From a virus (lineage: Duplodnaviria > Caudoviricetes): a stretch of DNA of 60,505 bases. The notes below the pieces were generated by a model, which saw only the letters and a program-made list of their open reading frames with translations, was not told where the DNA came from and searched no databases. A program made the translations under genes and the position numbers. Location: IMG/VR virus record IMGVR_UViG_3300032213_000971, positions 1 to 60,505 of that record. One strand, given 5' to 3'. This document shows, one piece after another, positions 47,950-57,379 of the stretch (within the stretch, counting starts at the first letter, position 1; each line of letters opens with the position of its first letter).

Positions 47950-48583
47950 CGGAATTCGCGTCATAGAAGGAGACACCCATATATCTCTATGGGTTGAGCA
48001 ATCTGGAAGGCTAGATCACGATCAATATGCGCTCCCGGTAATCCTAAAACACATCGCAAATGGAGACTGCGTTGTTGATGCTGGAGCGTTTATTGGCGAT
48101 CATACTATTGCTTATTTGAGAGCAGTAGGATCGGAGGGAAAAGTAATCGCGTTTGAACCAAACCCAGCAGCCTACGATTGCCTTGTTCTAAACTGCAAAG
48201 AGGCATACTGCATCAGGTCTGGGCTAGGAGACAAAGAAGAATTTATATCCATAGAACCTTCTGAAAATGCTGGGGCATCCCATCTTACTAATGGGAAATT
48301 AGGTTCAATTTCCGTAGTAACACTAGATTCATACAATCTAGACAGACTCAATTTCTTCAAAATAGATGTTGAAGGATACGAGTTAAAAGCATTGCTAGGT
48401 GCAGAAAAAACTATCTCAAAGCATAAGCCAAAGATGTGGATAGAAATAAATCCCGGTGCTTTAGCAAAACAAAATACAACTCCAGAAGAGATTTTTGGCC
48501 TAATTATGGGTCACGGGTACACTATTGAAGCGTTTCCTGATTTTTCAGAAGATCAATACGACATTCTTTGTGTTCCAAAATGA
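47933..48583 (+). CDS. FkbM family SAM-dependent methyltransferase
   Basis: VVDAGAFIG, AFEPN, KIDVEGYE..L.GA. Confidence 0.93.
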   Translation: MKILNNGIRVIEGDTHISLWVEQSGRLDHDQYALPVILKHIANGDCVVDAGAFIGDHTIAYLRAVGSEGKVIAFEPNPAAYDCLVLNCKEAYCIRSGLGDKEEFISIEPSENAGASHLTNGKLGSISVVTLDSYNLDRLNFFKIDVEGYELKALLGAEKTISKHKPKMWIEINPGALAKQNTTPEEIFGLIMGHGYTIEAFPDFSEDQYDILCVPK

Positions 48584-49263
48584 CAACAGACATTTTCATT
48601 AGGTCGTATTCGCCTGATTTTAAATGGCTTGATTATTGCCTTTTCAGCTGCGCCAAGTTTACGAAAGGCTTTTCTTCAATTCATATTGTAGTCCCGGAGC
48701 AAGACAAACACATTTTAAGCCACCTGACTCTGGAATCAGTTCATGGTGTTGCTCCTGCCTGCGAAGATGGATACCTAGATCAGCAAGTTTCTAAATTGTA
48801 CGCAGATGAATTTTGCCAAAGCGATTACATCCTGCACCTAGATAGCGACTGCGTTTGGTATAAAGAAACTACACCTCAAGATTTTTTCAAAAACGGAAAG
48901 CCAATCATCCTAGTTGAAGATGGCGTTGTTTCACCTTGGCCTAAAATAACAGAAAAAACACTAGGTTGGTACGACTCAAAAGAATACATGAGAAGACTTC
49001 CAATCATTTATCCAAGGTGGGTGTATCCAGAATTTAGAAAATGGATAGAAAACAAACATAGAATGTCTTTAAGGAATTGGATTTCTATCCAGCCACATAG
49101 AGAATTCAGCGAGTTCAATACTCTTGGGCAATGGCTTTTCAGATTTCACTCGGAAAAATTTGCATGGCTGCACCCATCTGAAACAGAAGTATTTGCTAAA
49201 CAATTCTGGTCGTGGGGTGGAGTAGAAAAAGAAGAAGATCAAATAAAATCATTTTTTTCTTAA
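48580..49263 (+). CDS. Putative glycosyltransferase (DUF6492-like)
   Basis: GYLDQQVSKL.AD, LHLDSD and FSEFN.LG motifs. Confidence 0.7.
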   Translation: MTTDIFIRSYSPDFKWLDYCLFSCAKFTKGFSSIHIVVPEQDKHILSHLTLESVHGVAPACEDGYLDQQVSKLYADEFCQSDYILHLDSDCVWYKETTPQDFFKNGKPIILVEDGVVSPWPKITEKTLGWYDSKEYMRRLPIIYPRWVYPEFRKWIENKHRMSLRNWISIQPHREFSEFNTLGQWLFRFHSEKFAWLHPSETEVFAKQFWSWGGVEKEEDQIKSFFS

Positions 49264-49270
49264 AAACATA

Positions 49271-49516
49271 TTGACGAACTCGTAAGCAATCCTTAATAGT
49301 TCACTCAACTCGGTGTGCCGTCTCCGTATGACGGTGGTTCTGATAGGAACCGCAAGACCTATCAATCAGGCCGCAAACAAAAACTTCCAGCGTGCCGGGA
49401 AGTGAACAAAACACAAAATTACGAATCGTGGTCGCACGCGACTGCCGTTCAGCCTTGTGGTTGTCACTTCCAAAATTGGTTGAGATGGCTGCAAGGAAAC
49501 AACCAAAACAAACACT
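49271..49516 (+). promoter_or_regulatory. Promoter and structured 5' leader of major capsid gene
   Basis: TTGACG at 49271 with TAATAGT at 49294; hairpins CCGTC/GACGG, TGATAGG/CCTATCA, ACTTCC/GGAAGT. Confidence 0.6.
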
Positions 49517-50725
49517 ATGTCTAACGATTGTATCCCCTTGGCTACGATCCAGAACTTCGCCGCCAAGGATGTTAGCCGCATCATTGGTCAGATCGCGAAG
49601 GTGCTGGCCCGTAAGTCGCCCTATATTAACGCCATTGATGGCGGAACCCTCCCTAGCGTTTCGGACGTTGTACGTTCGGTCGTTGAGGAAATGGCCGTTC
49701 CTGCCGCTTCGCTCGCTTCGCCTACGTTCGTGAATGACCTCTCCCTTTGCGGAGTTGGTGCCACCCCGGATCAGGTCGGATCTACGGAGTATCAGTTCCA
49801 GCTTCAGACCCTTCGTGGTGCTGGCCCTCGCGTCTGCGTCAAGCAGGCTCGTACAGCCTTCAAGGGCAGCTATCTTCAGGCTCAAGTCAGCCTTGAGAAG
49901 ACGATCCTCCAGATCATCAACGCTGATATTCGCTATCAGTTCCTGATTCAGTCTGGCGTTAAGTATGTGGTCAATTCGACCCGTCCTTTCACGCAGAACC
50001 TGACCGGGGACATGCAGCAGATCAACACGAAGTTCGCAGCCGTTCTCCCGGATGCCCCCCTCAACTTCAAGACCCTCTATCGCATTGGAACCTTCCTTCG
50101 CGAGGAGATGCTTGCAGAGCCGTTCGCCAGCAAGGATGGCGAGTTCTTCCAAGTCATGCTCGGAGCCGATGCCATTGAAAACATCCGCAACGATGCTGAC
50201 GTTAAGGAAGACCTCCTCTATCTCACCGCTGGTAGCTTCAAGCTCGGTGAGGACAGCATCGCCGGGTATCAGTTCCAAGGCTATCGTGGTTTCGCCTTCG
50301 GTATCGACCAGCAGCCCCTTCGCGCTACTGGGTTCACTGTCGACGGCAATCTGATCCTTGTCAACCCCATCGTCAGCACTCCCGTCACGAACGGCTTTGC
50401 TCAACGCCGCAACCCGGCTTGGGTCAACGCTCCTTACGAGGTGGGCTTCGTCATCGCTGGGGATTCGTTCAAGCGTCTCGTCCCGGAGAACTACGTTGGA
50501 GAAGGAACATTCCGCTTCGCTCCCCAGCTTGCTATGGGCGAACTGGAGTGGACTTACTTCCGCGACAACGACTGCAACCTCTACGGAGATTACGGTCAGC
50601 ACATCTACCAGATCCAGCGTGCGATTCAGCCGATTCGTCCGCAGAACGTCTGCCCTGTGCTGTTCCGCCGTTGCCCCTTCAGCGGAAACCCGCTCCCTTG
50701 CTCGACCTCCTCGACGGGTCTGTAA
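49517..50725 (+). CDS. Major capsid protein
   Basis: 402 aa with the strongest codon bias in the genome, its own promoter and a downstream hairpin; follows the scaffold module. Confidence 0.85.
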   Translation: MSNDCIPLATIQNFAAKDVSRIIGQIAKVLARKSPYINAIDGGTLPSVSDVVRSVVEEMAVPAASLASPTFVNDLSLCGVGATPDQVGSTEYQFQLQTLRGAGPRVCVKQARTAFKGSYLQAQVSLEKTILQIINADIRYQFLIQSGVKYVVNSTRPFTQNLTGDMQQINTKFAAVLPDAPLNFKTLYRIGTFLREEMLAEPFASKDGEFFQVMLGADAIENIRNDADVKEDLLYLTAGSFKLGEDSIAGYQFQGYRGFAFGIDQQPLRATGFTVDGNLILVNPIVSTPVTNGFAQRRNPAWVNAPYEVGFVIAGDSFKRLVPENYVGEGTFRFAPQLAMGELEWTYFRDNDCNLYGDYGQHIYQIQRAIQPIRPQNVCPVLFRRCPFSGNPLPCSTSSTGL

Positions 50726-50741
50726 TAGGTAGGTAGTTATC

Positions 50742-50777
50742 GGTGGCTGAAGTGAGATAAAACTTGCTTCAGCCACC
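50742..50777 (+). terminator. Strong hairpin after capsid gene (terminator/stabiliser, no U tract)
   Basis: GGTGGCTGAAGTGAG-ATAAAA-CTTGCTTCAGCCACC. Confidence 0.7.
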
Positions 50778-50814
50778 TCAACTGCCCCAAAAATTACACA
50801 ACTCTTCTAATATT

Positions 50815-51195
50815 ATGCCTCTTACACCCATCCCATCTACAATCCCTACTTCTAGCTTTTACCAACTCGCACTTCAGGCACTTTACGACATTGCTGGATC
50901 TGGAGGAGGTGGAGGAGGCGGGTCTGTATCGGTATCTAATTTTCCTTCGCTACAAAATGTAATCGACCACAATTCTGGAGCTAATGGCGGAAAGATTGTA
51001 GCTGCTACTACTGCTTCTGGATCTGGAACTTGGTACGCACTTCAGTTTGTAACTAGCGGAACCCTTACTGCTTACGCTGGCAATATCACTGGAACTGTGA
51101 CTGGAGTTACTTTTCCTGCTGGCTTCGTCCTTTACGGAAATACAACCAGCTTCACAACTGGTTCTGGAACATCCGTGGTGGCTTACACGTTCTAA
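50815..51195 (+). CDS. Putative capsid decoration/fibre protein
   Basis: G-rich linker, beta-rich C-terminus (TFPAGFVLYG). Confidence 0.65.
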   Translation: MPLTPIPSTIPTSSFYQLALQALYDIAGSGGGGGGGSVSVSNFPSLQNVIDHNSGANGGKIVAATTASGSGTWYALQFVTSGTLTAYAGNITGTVTGVTFPAGFVLYGNTTSFTTGSGTSVVAYTF

Positions 51196-51198
51196 TTC

Positions 51199-52155
51199 AT
51201 GCCAAGCCTCTCGCTAAAGGCTAGTATAAATTACCCATTTATTGGAGGGCCAAGTGGCCCTTCGTATGATCCCGATGCACAGGCTTGGTTCACAGCGGTA
51301 GAGGCGGCAGGGGGGTCAATCACATCACAAAATAAAACTGCGTTTAATACAGCATTTGTATCTATTAAAACTACTGCTATATACAATGACAATCCATCGC
51401 AAGCTGGATATTTGTGGGATTACATTGGAGTAGGTTATTTTTTAATTGGTCAAGAAAGTTTTGGCAATGGTCTATTCATTCCTTTTGGTGGCCCTGCTTT
51501 ATCTGCGCCATCTGGAGGTTGGGCGCAAGCTACTCCTTATAGCTATACTTCATCTGATTACAATAAACTTACAGGATTGATTGGAGATGGAGCATCTAAA
51601 TATTTTTCAATAGATCAGTTAAACAACAACCGAACAGGCGATTGGACTCCTACTGGCGGAACAAGAATGGCTTACACCTATAAGAAAATTGATTATAGCC
51701 AAGGTGGGTTTTCTGTTGCTCCATATGGAACTTCTGTAGGTTCATCCCGGACTTTTGGAATGAACTTTAGTGTAACTGGAGTAGGCGGATTATTTGGAGG
51801 AGGTTCAATTTTAAATAACAGGGCTGCTGTAAATACAATGCCAACTCCTTTAACTGGTTTGCCGCAAACTTATGGTGCTGTTGGAATTTATTCTTCTAGG
51901 GGAGTGCTTGATGGAGGCGCAGTAGCGTTCAGACTAGGAGGATTGCCAGAATCAGTTAGTTTAGGAACACCTAACACCACAAGTCTCCCAAATACACCAA
52001 TGTTATTTGGAAGGAATGGTTCTGCTTATGACACCCAAAGAACATTATTTGCTTGTTTTGGAAAACAATTTAATAATTATCCCGTAAGTGGAGAACCCGA
52101 CCCATTTGGAAAACTTAACGCCATCATGGAAACATTGATAACTTCACTAGCATGA
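51199..52155 (+). CDS. Putative virion fibre/lectin-like protein
   Basis: YDPDAQAWFTAVEAAGG N-terminus; G/aromatic-rich. Confidence 0.65.
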   Translation: MPSLSLKASINYPFIGGPSGPSYDPDAQAWFTAVEAAGGSITSQNKTAFNTAFVSIKTTAIYNDNPSQAGYLWDYIGVGYFLIGQESFGNGLFIPFGGPALSAPSGGWAQATPYSYTSSDYNKLTGLIGDGASKYFSIDQLNNNRTGDWTPTGGTRMAYTYKKIDYSQGGFSVAPYGTSVGSSRTFGMNFSVTGVGGLFGGGSILNNRAAVNTMPTPLTGLPQTYGAVGIYSSRGVLDGGAVAFRLGGLPESVSLGTPNTTSLPNTPMLFGRNGSAYDTQRTLFACFGKQFNNYPVSGEPDPFGKLNAIMETLITSLA

Positions 52156-52388
52156 AATGGCTAATTATCACTTCAGACAAAGTAAATGAGCTTAATTTGC
52201 TTAATGAATCTCACGACAATCAAAAATGCAATTTTGTAGAAACAAAAGAAGGAATGCTTGTTACAAATGCAGACCAACTAAAATGCCCTTATTGGGCAGA
52301 CTACCACCAGTTTCTTTCGTCTCTTAAAACATTTGAAGGAACACCAACATTTGAACTGAATCAACAATTAAATGCAGATGAGCAATAA
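52152..52388 (+). CDS. Small hypothetical protein
   Basis: ATGA-coupled. Confidence 0.6.
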   Translation: MKWLIITSDKVNELNLLNESHDNQKCNFVETKEGMLVTNADQLKCPYWADYHQFLSSLKTFEGTPTFELNQQLNADEQ

Positions 52389-52578
52389 TGCAACAATCTC
52401 CGAAGTAGGCCCAACAAGCGCAATCGTGTCTTTGTTTTCGTTAATTGTATCTTTCTTTGGTTCGACACATCTTTGGCTTCAAAATCTAACTCTTATTGTA
52501 TCTCTTCTCGCAGGAACAATAGCCATCATTGCCGCAATAATTAAACTCGTCGTCTGGACTAAAAAACAATTTCAATAA
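52372..52578 (+). CDS. Putative holin
   Basis: Two hydrophobic helices, basic C-tail, dual Met start (MQM), lysis cluster. Confidence 0.6.
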   Translation: MQMSNNATISEVGPTSAIVSLFSLIVSFFGSTHLWLQNLTLIVSLLAGTIAIIAAIIKLVVWTKKQFQ

Positions 52579-52931
52579 TGAAAAATATTATTCTTGTTTG
52601 TGCATCAGCACTTCTTATTGGATGTGCATCAAAAGAGCCTGTGAAATACACCGCTCCTTCTGTTGTTGCTGTAAAAACAGGCATAGAAAGGCTGAAGCCA
52701 CACGTTTCCAGCCCGGAAGGGAATGCTGTTATCAAGGATCTTGCTTTGGCAGTAGATACATACGAGGCTCAAGTTAATCAGCAATCTTTAGATTTAGCAA
52801 AAGCGCAGAATGATGCTGTTTATTGGAAAGATAAACAGCGCAAAAGCCTGAAAGAGCTTTGGTCTTGGAGGTTGTTTTTCGGGTTGCAAGTATTGGCGGT
52901 AGCCACTTGGTTTGCTATCAAAATGAGATAA
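52578..52931 (+). CDS. Lipoprotein, candidate unimolecular spanin
   Basis: Lipobox LLIGC, coiled coil, C-terminal hydrophobic helix. Confidence 0.65.
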   Translation: MKNIILVCASALLIGCASKEPVKYTAPSVVAVKTGIERLKPHVSSPEGNAVIKDLALAVDTYEAQVNQQSLDLAKAQNDAVYWKDKQRKSLKELWSWRLFFGLQVLAVATWFAIKMR

Positions 52932-52933
52932 AA

Positions 52934-53248
52934 ATGACAAATCTCCCGGCTACATGGCAGAGACTAGTGCTTTCTGTTTTAGGCATAATTCTCATTCAAA
53001 TTAGCTGGCGTTGGGCTGTTGCTCACCTATACACACTTCCACAAGAGGCTTATGCTGGATTTGTTACAATAACGACCAATTCTTTTTACGTCATCGGTGC
53101 CATCGTAATTTTCATGGTAACTGGTAGGTTGATCTACGAGTGGAAAATTGGGACAAGTCAGGTTCAAGATGTTGCGTCTCGCGTAGAAAAAATTACCCAA
53201 GTTTTGACGCAAAACGCGAAGGAGGAAGACTATGAAACCTCCATCTAA
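52934..53248 (+). CDS. Membrane protein, putative holin
   Basis: Two TM helices; overlaps the endolysin start. Confidence 0.6.
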   Translation: MTNLPATWQRLVLSVLGIILIQISWRWAVAHLYTLPQEAYAGFVTITTNSFYVIGAIVIFMVTGRLIYEWKIGTSQVQDVASRVEKITQVLTQNAKEEDYETSI

Positions 53249-53852
53249 AAATACCCTTAAACTCATTTACGAGTATGAAGTCGGAGGTGGCGAAAGTTAC
53301 TACAATAAATACTTAAAGCGTTTTACTTGGCCGGGAGGCGCATCAGGCCCAACCATTGGAATAGGCATTGATACCGCTTATTACTCTAAAGAAGAACTGG
53401 CAGAGATATTTTCATACCTTTCGGCAAAGCATAGAAGGCTTGTAGAAAACGCCAGCGGCAAAAAAGGCAATGCTGGCAAGGAATACACGAAAACATTGTC
53501 TGCGGCCAAAATAGAGATGCCTTGGAACCTTGCAGAGAGGATATTCATGTTCACTACATGGAAGAAATTCGCCAACCTCGCGGAATCTGTATTTCCGCAA
53601 CTTGAGGATCTTTGCGGAGACGCATACGGAGCAATCGTAAGCCTAGTTTTTAACCGGGGATCTAGCCTAAAAGGTGACTCTAGGTTGGAGATGAGACAAA
53701 TCAAAGAGTTGATTCCCAACAAAGACTACGCAGGGATAGCTGAACAAATCAGGAAAATGAAAAGGCTGTGGCAAGGAAAGGGGCTGGATGGACTTGTTCG
53801 CCGTAGAGAAGCAGAAGCTGCGGCTGTTGAAAGCTGCCTACAACAATCATAA
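53232..53852 (+). CDS. Endolysin (lysozyme/pesticin-like muramidase)
   Basis: YEV...WPGGASGPTIGIG.D, SLVFNRG and GLVRRREAEA. Confidence 0.9.
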   Translation: MKPPSKNTLKLIYEYEVGGGESYYNKYLKRFTWPGGASGPTIGIGIDTAYYSKEELAEIFSYLSAKHRRLVENASGKKGNAGKEYTKTLSAAKIEMPWNLAERIFMFTTWKKFANLAESVFPQLEDLCGDAYGAIVSLVFNRGSSLKGDSRLEMRQIKELIPNKDYAGIAEQIRKMKRLWQGKGLDGLVRRREAEAAAVESCLQQS

Positions 53853-54610
53853 TGGCAAATATCGTCAACAAATGGAAAAGGTTCGCTGCTTTGGGATGTT
53901 CGCACGCACGATTCGTGGACAAAGAAGCGTGGAGTGCTTTCATGACATTCCGGGAAGCATTTCAGCCGCATTTTTTAGCTCATTTAGGTGATGCAATCGA
54001 CATGACTGGGCTAATGGGTAATGGCATCGGATCAGGGTCAGCAGGGGACGACCTAGAACCTGACGTAGATACTGGTCTAGTGCATTTGAGGGAACTGAAG
54101 CCATCCGTTTTCGTAATGGGGAACCATGAAGACAGGGCATATAAATTAAGAAACAGCAAAAGCCCTACAATTGGGTACGCTGCCGAAAAAATCTGCCAAC
54201 AGATTGAGCAAACATGCCAAAAGATCAAATGCAGAACAATTCCATATACTGGGGTGTTTCAAACCTATGATCTAGCGGATATCGTTTTTCAGCATGGTGT
54301 GCTTTTTAATGAAATGGCCGCTAGAGATACAGCAGAATACCTGTGTACCAACGGAACAAGGCGGAAGGCTATCTTTGTTCACACCCATAAAACGGCCATC
54401 CAGAGCGCAAGGAACCTCACCAGCGCAGTCGGATACAATATAGGCACATTGTCCCGGCGCGGAGCTTTGGATTACGCCAAGGGGCGCAGGGCCACCCTAG
54501 CATGGACACAGGCATGGGCTTGGGGATTCTACAACGAAAAACTAAATCAATCTGTTGTGTATATCACGCAACGCAACCATGACGAAATATGGCATCAACC
54601 AAGCTGGTAA
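53852..54610 (+). CDS. Calcineurin-like metallophosphoesterase
   Basis: GCSH, LGD..D, GNHE, HG and HTH motifs. Confidence 0.88.
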   Translation: MANIVNKWKRFAALGCSHARFVDKEAWSAFMTFREAFQPHFLAHLGDAIDMTGLMGNGIGSGSAGDDLEPDVDTGLVHLRELKPSVFVMGNHEDRAYKLRNSKSPTIGYAAEKICQQIEQTCQKIKCRTIPYTGVFQTYDLADIVFQHGVLFNEMAARDTAEYLCTNGTRRKAIFVHTHKTAIQSARNLTSAVGYNIGTLSRRGALDYAKGRRATLAWTQAWAWGFYNEKLNQSVVYITQRNHDEIWHQPSW

Positions 54611-54849
54611 AAAAAAGCGCAAACCAATGGCTAAAAGAGATTGCAAATGAAGTGGGGTGCAACATTGACGCAGTTCCTGAAGAATATATGACGATGAAGC
54701 AAATGATGGAGGAGCTAGGCTTGTCTTTAGGAGAAGTCGAGTCATTTGTGTCTAGGGCAACAAAACTGAAAATAATGAAAAAGAAGCAATTCAGGATAGA
54801 CACAAAGGGTGGCGGAATCCGACCTGTCTGGCATTACACAAAAATCTAA
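54589..54849 (+). CDS. Small wHTH-like protein
   Basis: VPEEYMT...M...LG....RPVWHY. Confidence 0.65.
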   Translation: MASTKLVKKSANQWLKEIANEVGCNIDAVPEEYMTMKQMMEELGLSLGEVESFVSRATKLKIMKKKQFRIDTKGGGIRPVWHYTKI

Positions 54850-54892
54850 TTTTCCCTTTACAAAGATCAACCTCTAAACAAAACTGCTTATT

Positions 54893-55672
54893 ATGTCTTG
54901 TGGATGCGGATCAGATTACGGTTCAAGTGACGGGTACAATGGTGTTTGCGACACCGATACCCCGTATCCAATTATTTCTCATGAGTCTGTACCCAGCTTG
55001 ATAGATAACCTTGTTGCTGCGCTTTACGGGCAAATTCAAAAAAATGTATCCAGCGGAAAAATTGTTTGGACAATCCCATGCGATCCCAACAATACCGCAT
55101 CAGTCGCCGGGATTCCTAGGAACACAGGAGAAGGGTTGCTGTGTTATATGTTGAGGGTGTTTGACTCTTTTAATTTTTCCAACTTTGTTGATATAAGCAG
55201 CGTTCAGACCATTTCCAACAAAACGCTGAATAATTCTAGCGTATCTGGAACAATGAATTTTGGGTCTGCTGTTGTCAGCGGAGGAAATTTCTCTGCTATT
55301 ACAGCAGGGAAAGCAACAAATCTAGCAGGAGGAACACAGGGAGGGTTGCCATACCAAACAGGAGCAAATGCTACAACTTTTCTTCCCATTGGCACTGCTG
55401 GTCAGGTGCTTTCACCAAACGGAAGCGGAGGGCTTCAATGGATAACAAACACAACATCCTCATCATCTGCAAATAACATTCTTTCTGGTCAGGCGAGCCA
55501 GCTTTTATATCAAACTGCTCCGAACACCACAGGATTTATTGGAAACGGAACGAGCGGTCAATTTCTAGGAAGCAACGGATCTTCTGCCCCTAGCTGGAAA
55601 ACAATCACAGCATCTACAATCGGAGCCGCAACACAACAACAGGCAATCGCTTTTGCAATCGCACTATCATAA
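54893..55672 (+). CDS. Tail fibre protein 1
   Basis: GGxxGxLPYQ..TTFL.IG..GQVL repeats; N-terminal domain shared with 57380..58615. Confidence 0.75.
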   Translation: MSCGCGSDYGSSDGYNGVCDTDTPYPIISHESVPSLIDNLVAALYGQIQKNVSSGKIVWTIPCDPNNTASVAGIPRNTGEGLLCYMLRVFDSFNFSNFVDISSVQTISNKTLNNSSVSGTMNFGSAVVSGGNFSAITAGKATNLAGGTQGGLPYQTGANATTFLPIGTAGQVLSPNGSGGLQWITNTTSSSSANNILSGQASQLLYQTAPNTTGFIGNGTSGQFLGSNGSSAPSWKTITASTIGAATQQQAIAFAIALS

Positions 55673-56187
55673 TGAAACAACTCGTAAAACCTAGCAATAT
55701 CACATTTAGCGGAGCAGTCGTTTCTATGGCTGGCGTAGATGTTCCTTTAAGCCAAATCCTTTTGGTTGCCAACGCTACAACGGGAGTAGTTCACTATTCG
55801 ATCTCTGGCCCTGCGCCTTCCGCGTATACTCAAGGCTCTACATCTCAAATCACCCTTGCATCTGCACCTTCCGTTGGGGATAAGCTCACAATCTATTATG
55901 ATGACGCTTTGCCAAATTCGGCAACAGCAGCTTCTGTGACAAGTTTTTCTTCCATCAATGCGTCTGCTCTAATAAAAGCAGCAAACCCTAACAGGAAATC
56001 AATCGTTTTAGCTAACAATCCTAATGGTTCTCTTGTTTATGTCTTATTCGGATCTGGAGTAACTTCTTCTTCTAATTATTCACTCGCATTACAGCCGTCA
56101 GATACAGCTACAATTTCAGGAGTAACGCTTGCATTGCAAGGATTTAGCACTGGAGCAGGAAATCTGCTTGTGACAGAACTTACATAA
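55672..56187 (+). CDS. Fibre-associated protein
   Basis: ILLV.N.T.G motif and ANPNRKS..L.N beta domain. Confidence 0.65.
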   Translation: MKQLVKPSNITFSGAVVSMAGVDVPLSQILLVANATTGVVHYSISGPAPSAYTQGSTSQITLASAPSVGDKLTIYYDDALPNSATAASVTSFSSINASALIKAANPNRKSIVLANNPNGSLVYVLFGSGVTSSSNYSLALQPSDTATISGVTLALQGFSTGAGNLLVTELT

Positions 56188-56188
56188 A

Positions 56189-57346
56189 ATGCAAAATATC
56201 ACAATAGATTCTGGATCTGGTGTATCTATCTTTGTTAATTCAGCACAGAAAACCACGCCTCCAGAGCCAACACAAATATGGAATAGACCAGTTTCTTGGT
56301 TGCCTATTCCAGAAGTAACAGGTCAGGAATCTGTATTTTATGCTCTGGTTCCAGTAGCCGATGCGAGCTACAACAACATTTCCGTAACAGTTTCAGGAAA
56401 TTATATTGTAGATTGGGGTGATGGAAGCACAGGAAACTTTAGTTCAGGAACGACTGCAACTCACAATTATAGTTACTCACAAATTCCATCATCTACTAAT
56501 ACGCCATTCGGATATAGGCAAGCATTAATCAAAATAACTCCACAGGCAGGAAGCAGTTTAACATCAATAACCAATCTAAATAAAACACAATTTCTTGATA
56601 TAGTTGCATCTGGCCCTAATTTGGTCGTTAACGGAATCACAGAAAATTATCTACTGAAACATGTAAAAATATTAGCAAAATGCACATTATTTCAGTCAAA
56701 CACAAGCCTTGAAGCAATAGAACTAGATTACAATAGTTTTTCTTCGCTAACGAGTTTTTCATCTGTGTTTTCTTTCAATCCAAATCTTATTTATATTTCT
56801 GATTTTAATACATTCAATATCACTAATTTTTCAAGCACTTTTAGTCAATGCAACGCATTGGAAAAATGTCCAAATATAAATTTTAATAATGCAACATCAT
56901 TAGTAGCTTGTTTTGCATCTTGTTTTTCATTAAATTCACTACCACAGATAAACTTTTCAAGTCCTTGCAATTTATCAAGCGCATTTTCATCTTGTTACAA
57001 TTTGCAAAATATACCTATTACAGGAAATGCTTCTTCTATTAACGCCATGATTCCTGATAGATCCCCATTGATAGAGTTTCCTGCTATAAATCTTTCGTTG
57101 GTTAGTTTAGATATGATTATTGCACCTCCTGTTAAAAGATTCAAAGCATTTGGAATGAAATCATCACTTTCATTCTTTGATAATTTTATGGGAAGAAATG
57201 AAATAATTGAATGTTTTAACAATCTTGGAAACGCAAATCCACAAGCATATGTCGATGTTTCTTTGTGCGCTGGAGCAGGATCGCTTACAAGCCAAGATCT
57301 GGCAATCGCAGAACAAAAAGGATGGGATGTTGTTTATCAACCATAA
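56189..57346 (+). CDS. BspA/DUF285-like leucine-rich-repeat protein, putative receptor binding
   Basis: IVDWGDG PKD-like motif, repeated F..C..L...P units, AEQKGWDV end; very AT-rich. Confidence 0.75.
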   Translation: MQNITIDSGSGVSIFVNSAQKTTPPEPTQIWNRPVSWLPIPEVTGQESVFYALVPVADASYNNISVTVSGNYIVDWGDGSTGNFSSGTTATHNYSYSQIPSSTNTPFGYRQALIKITPQAGSSLTSITNLNKTQFLDIVASGPNLVVNGITENYLLKHVKILAKCTLFQSNTSLEAIELDYNSFSSLTSFSSVFSFNPNLIYISDFNTFNITNFSSTFSQCNALEKCPNINFNNATSLVACFASCFSLNSLPQINFSSPCNLSSAFSSCYNLQNIPITGNASSINAMIPDRSPLIEFPAINLSLVSLDMIIAPPVKRFKAFGMKSSLSFFDNFMGRNEIIECFNNLGNANPQAYVDVSLCAGAGSLTSQDLAIAEQKGWDVVYQP

Positions 57347-57379
57347 CAGTGGATAAAAAGTTATAACTAACACAAAAAT

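Noticed and set aside
49301-50776. 491-aa minus-strand ORF
   Set aside because: Exact antisense shadow of the codon-biased capsid gene; no start context or motifs.
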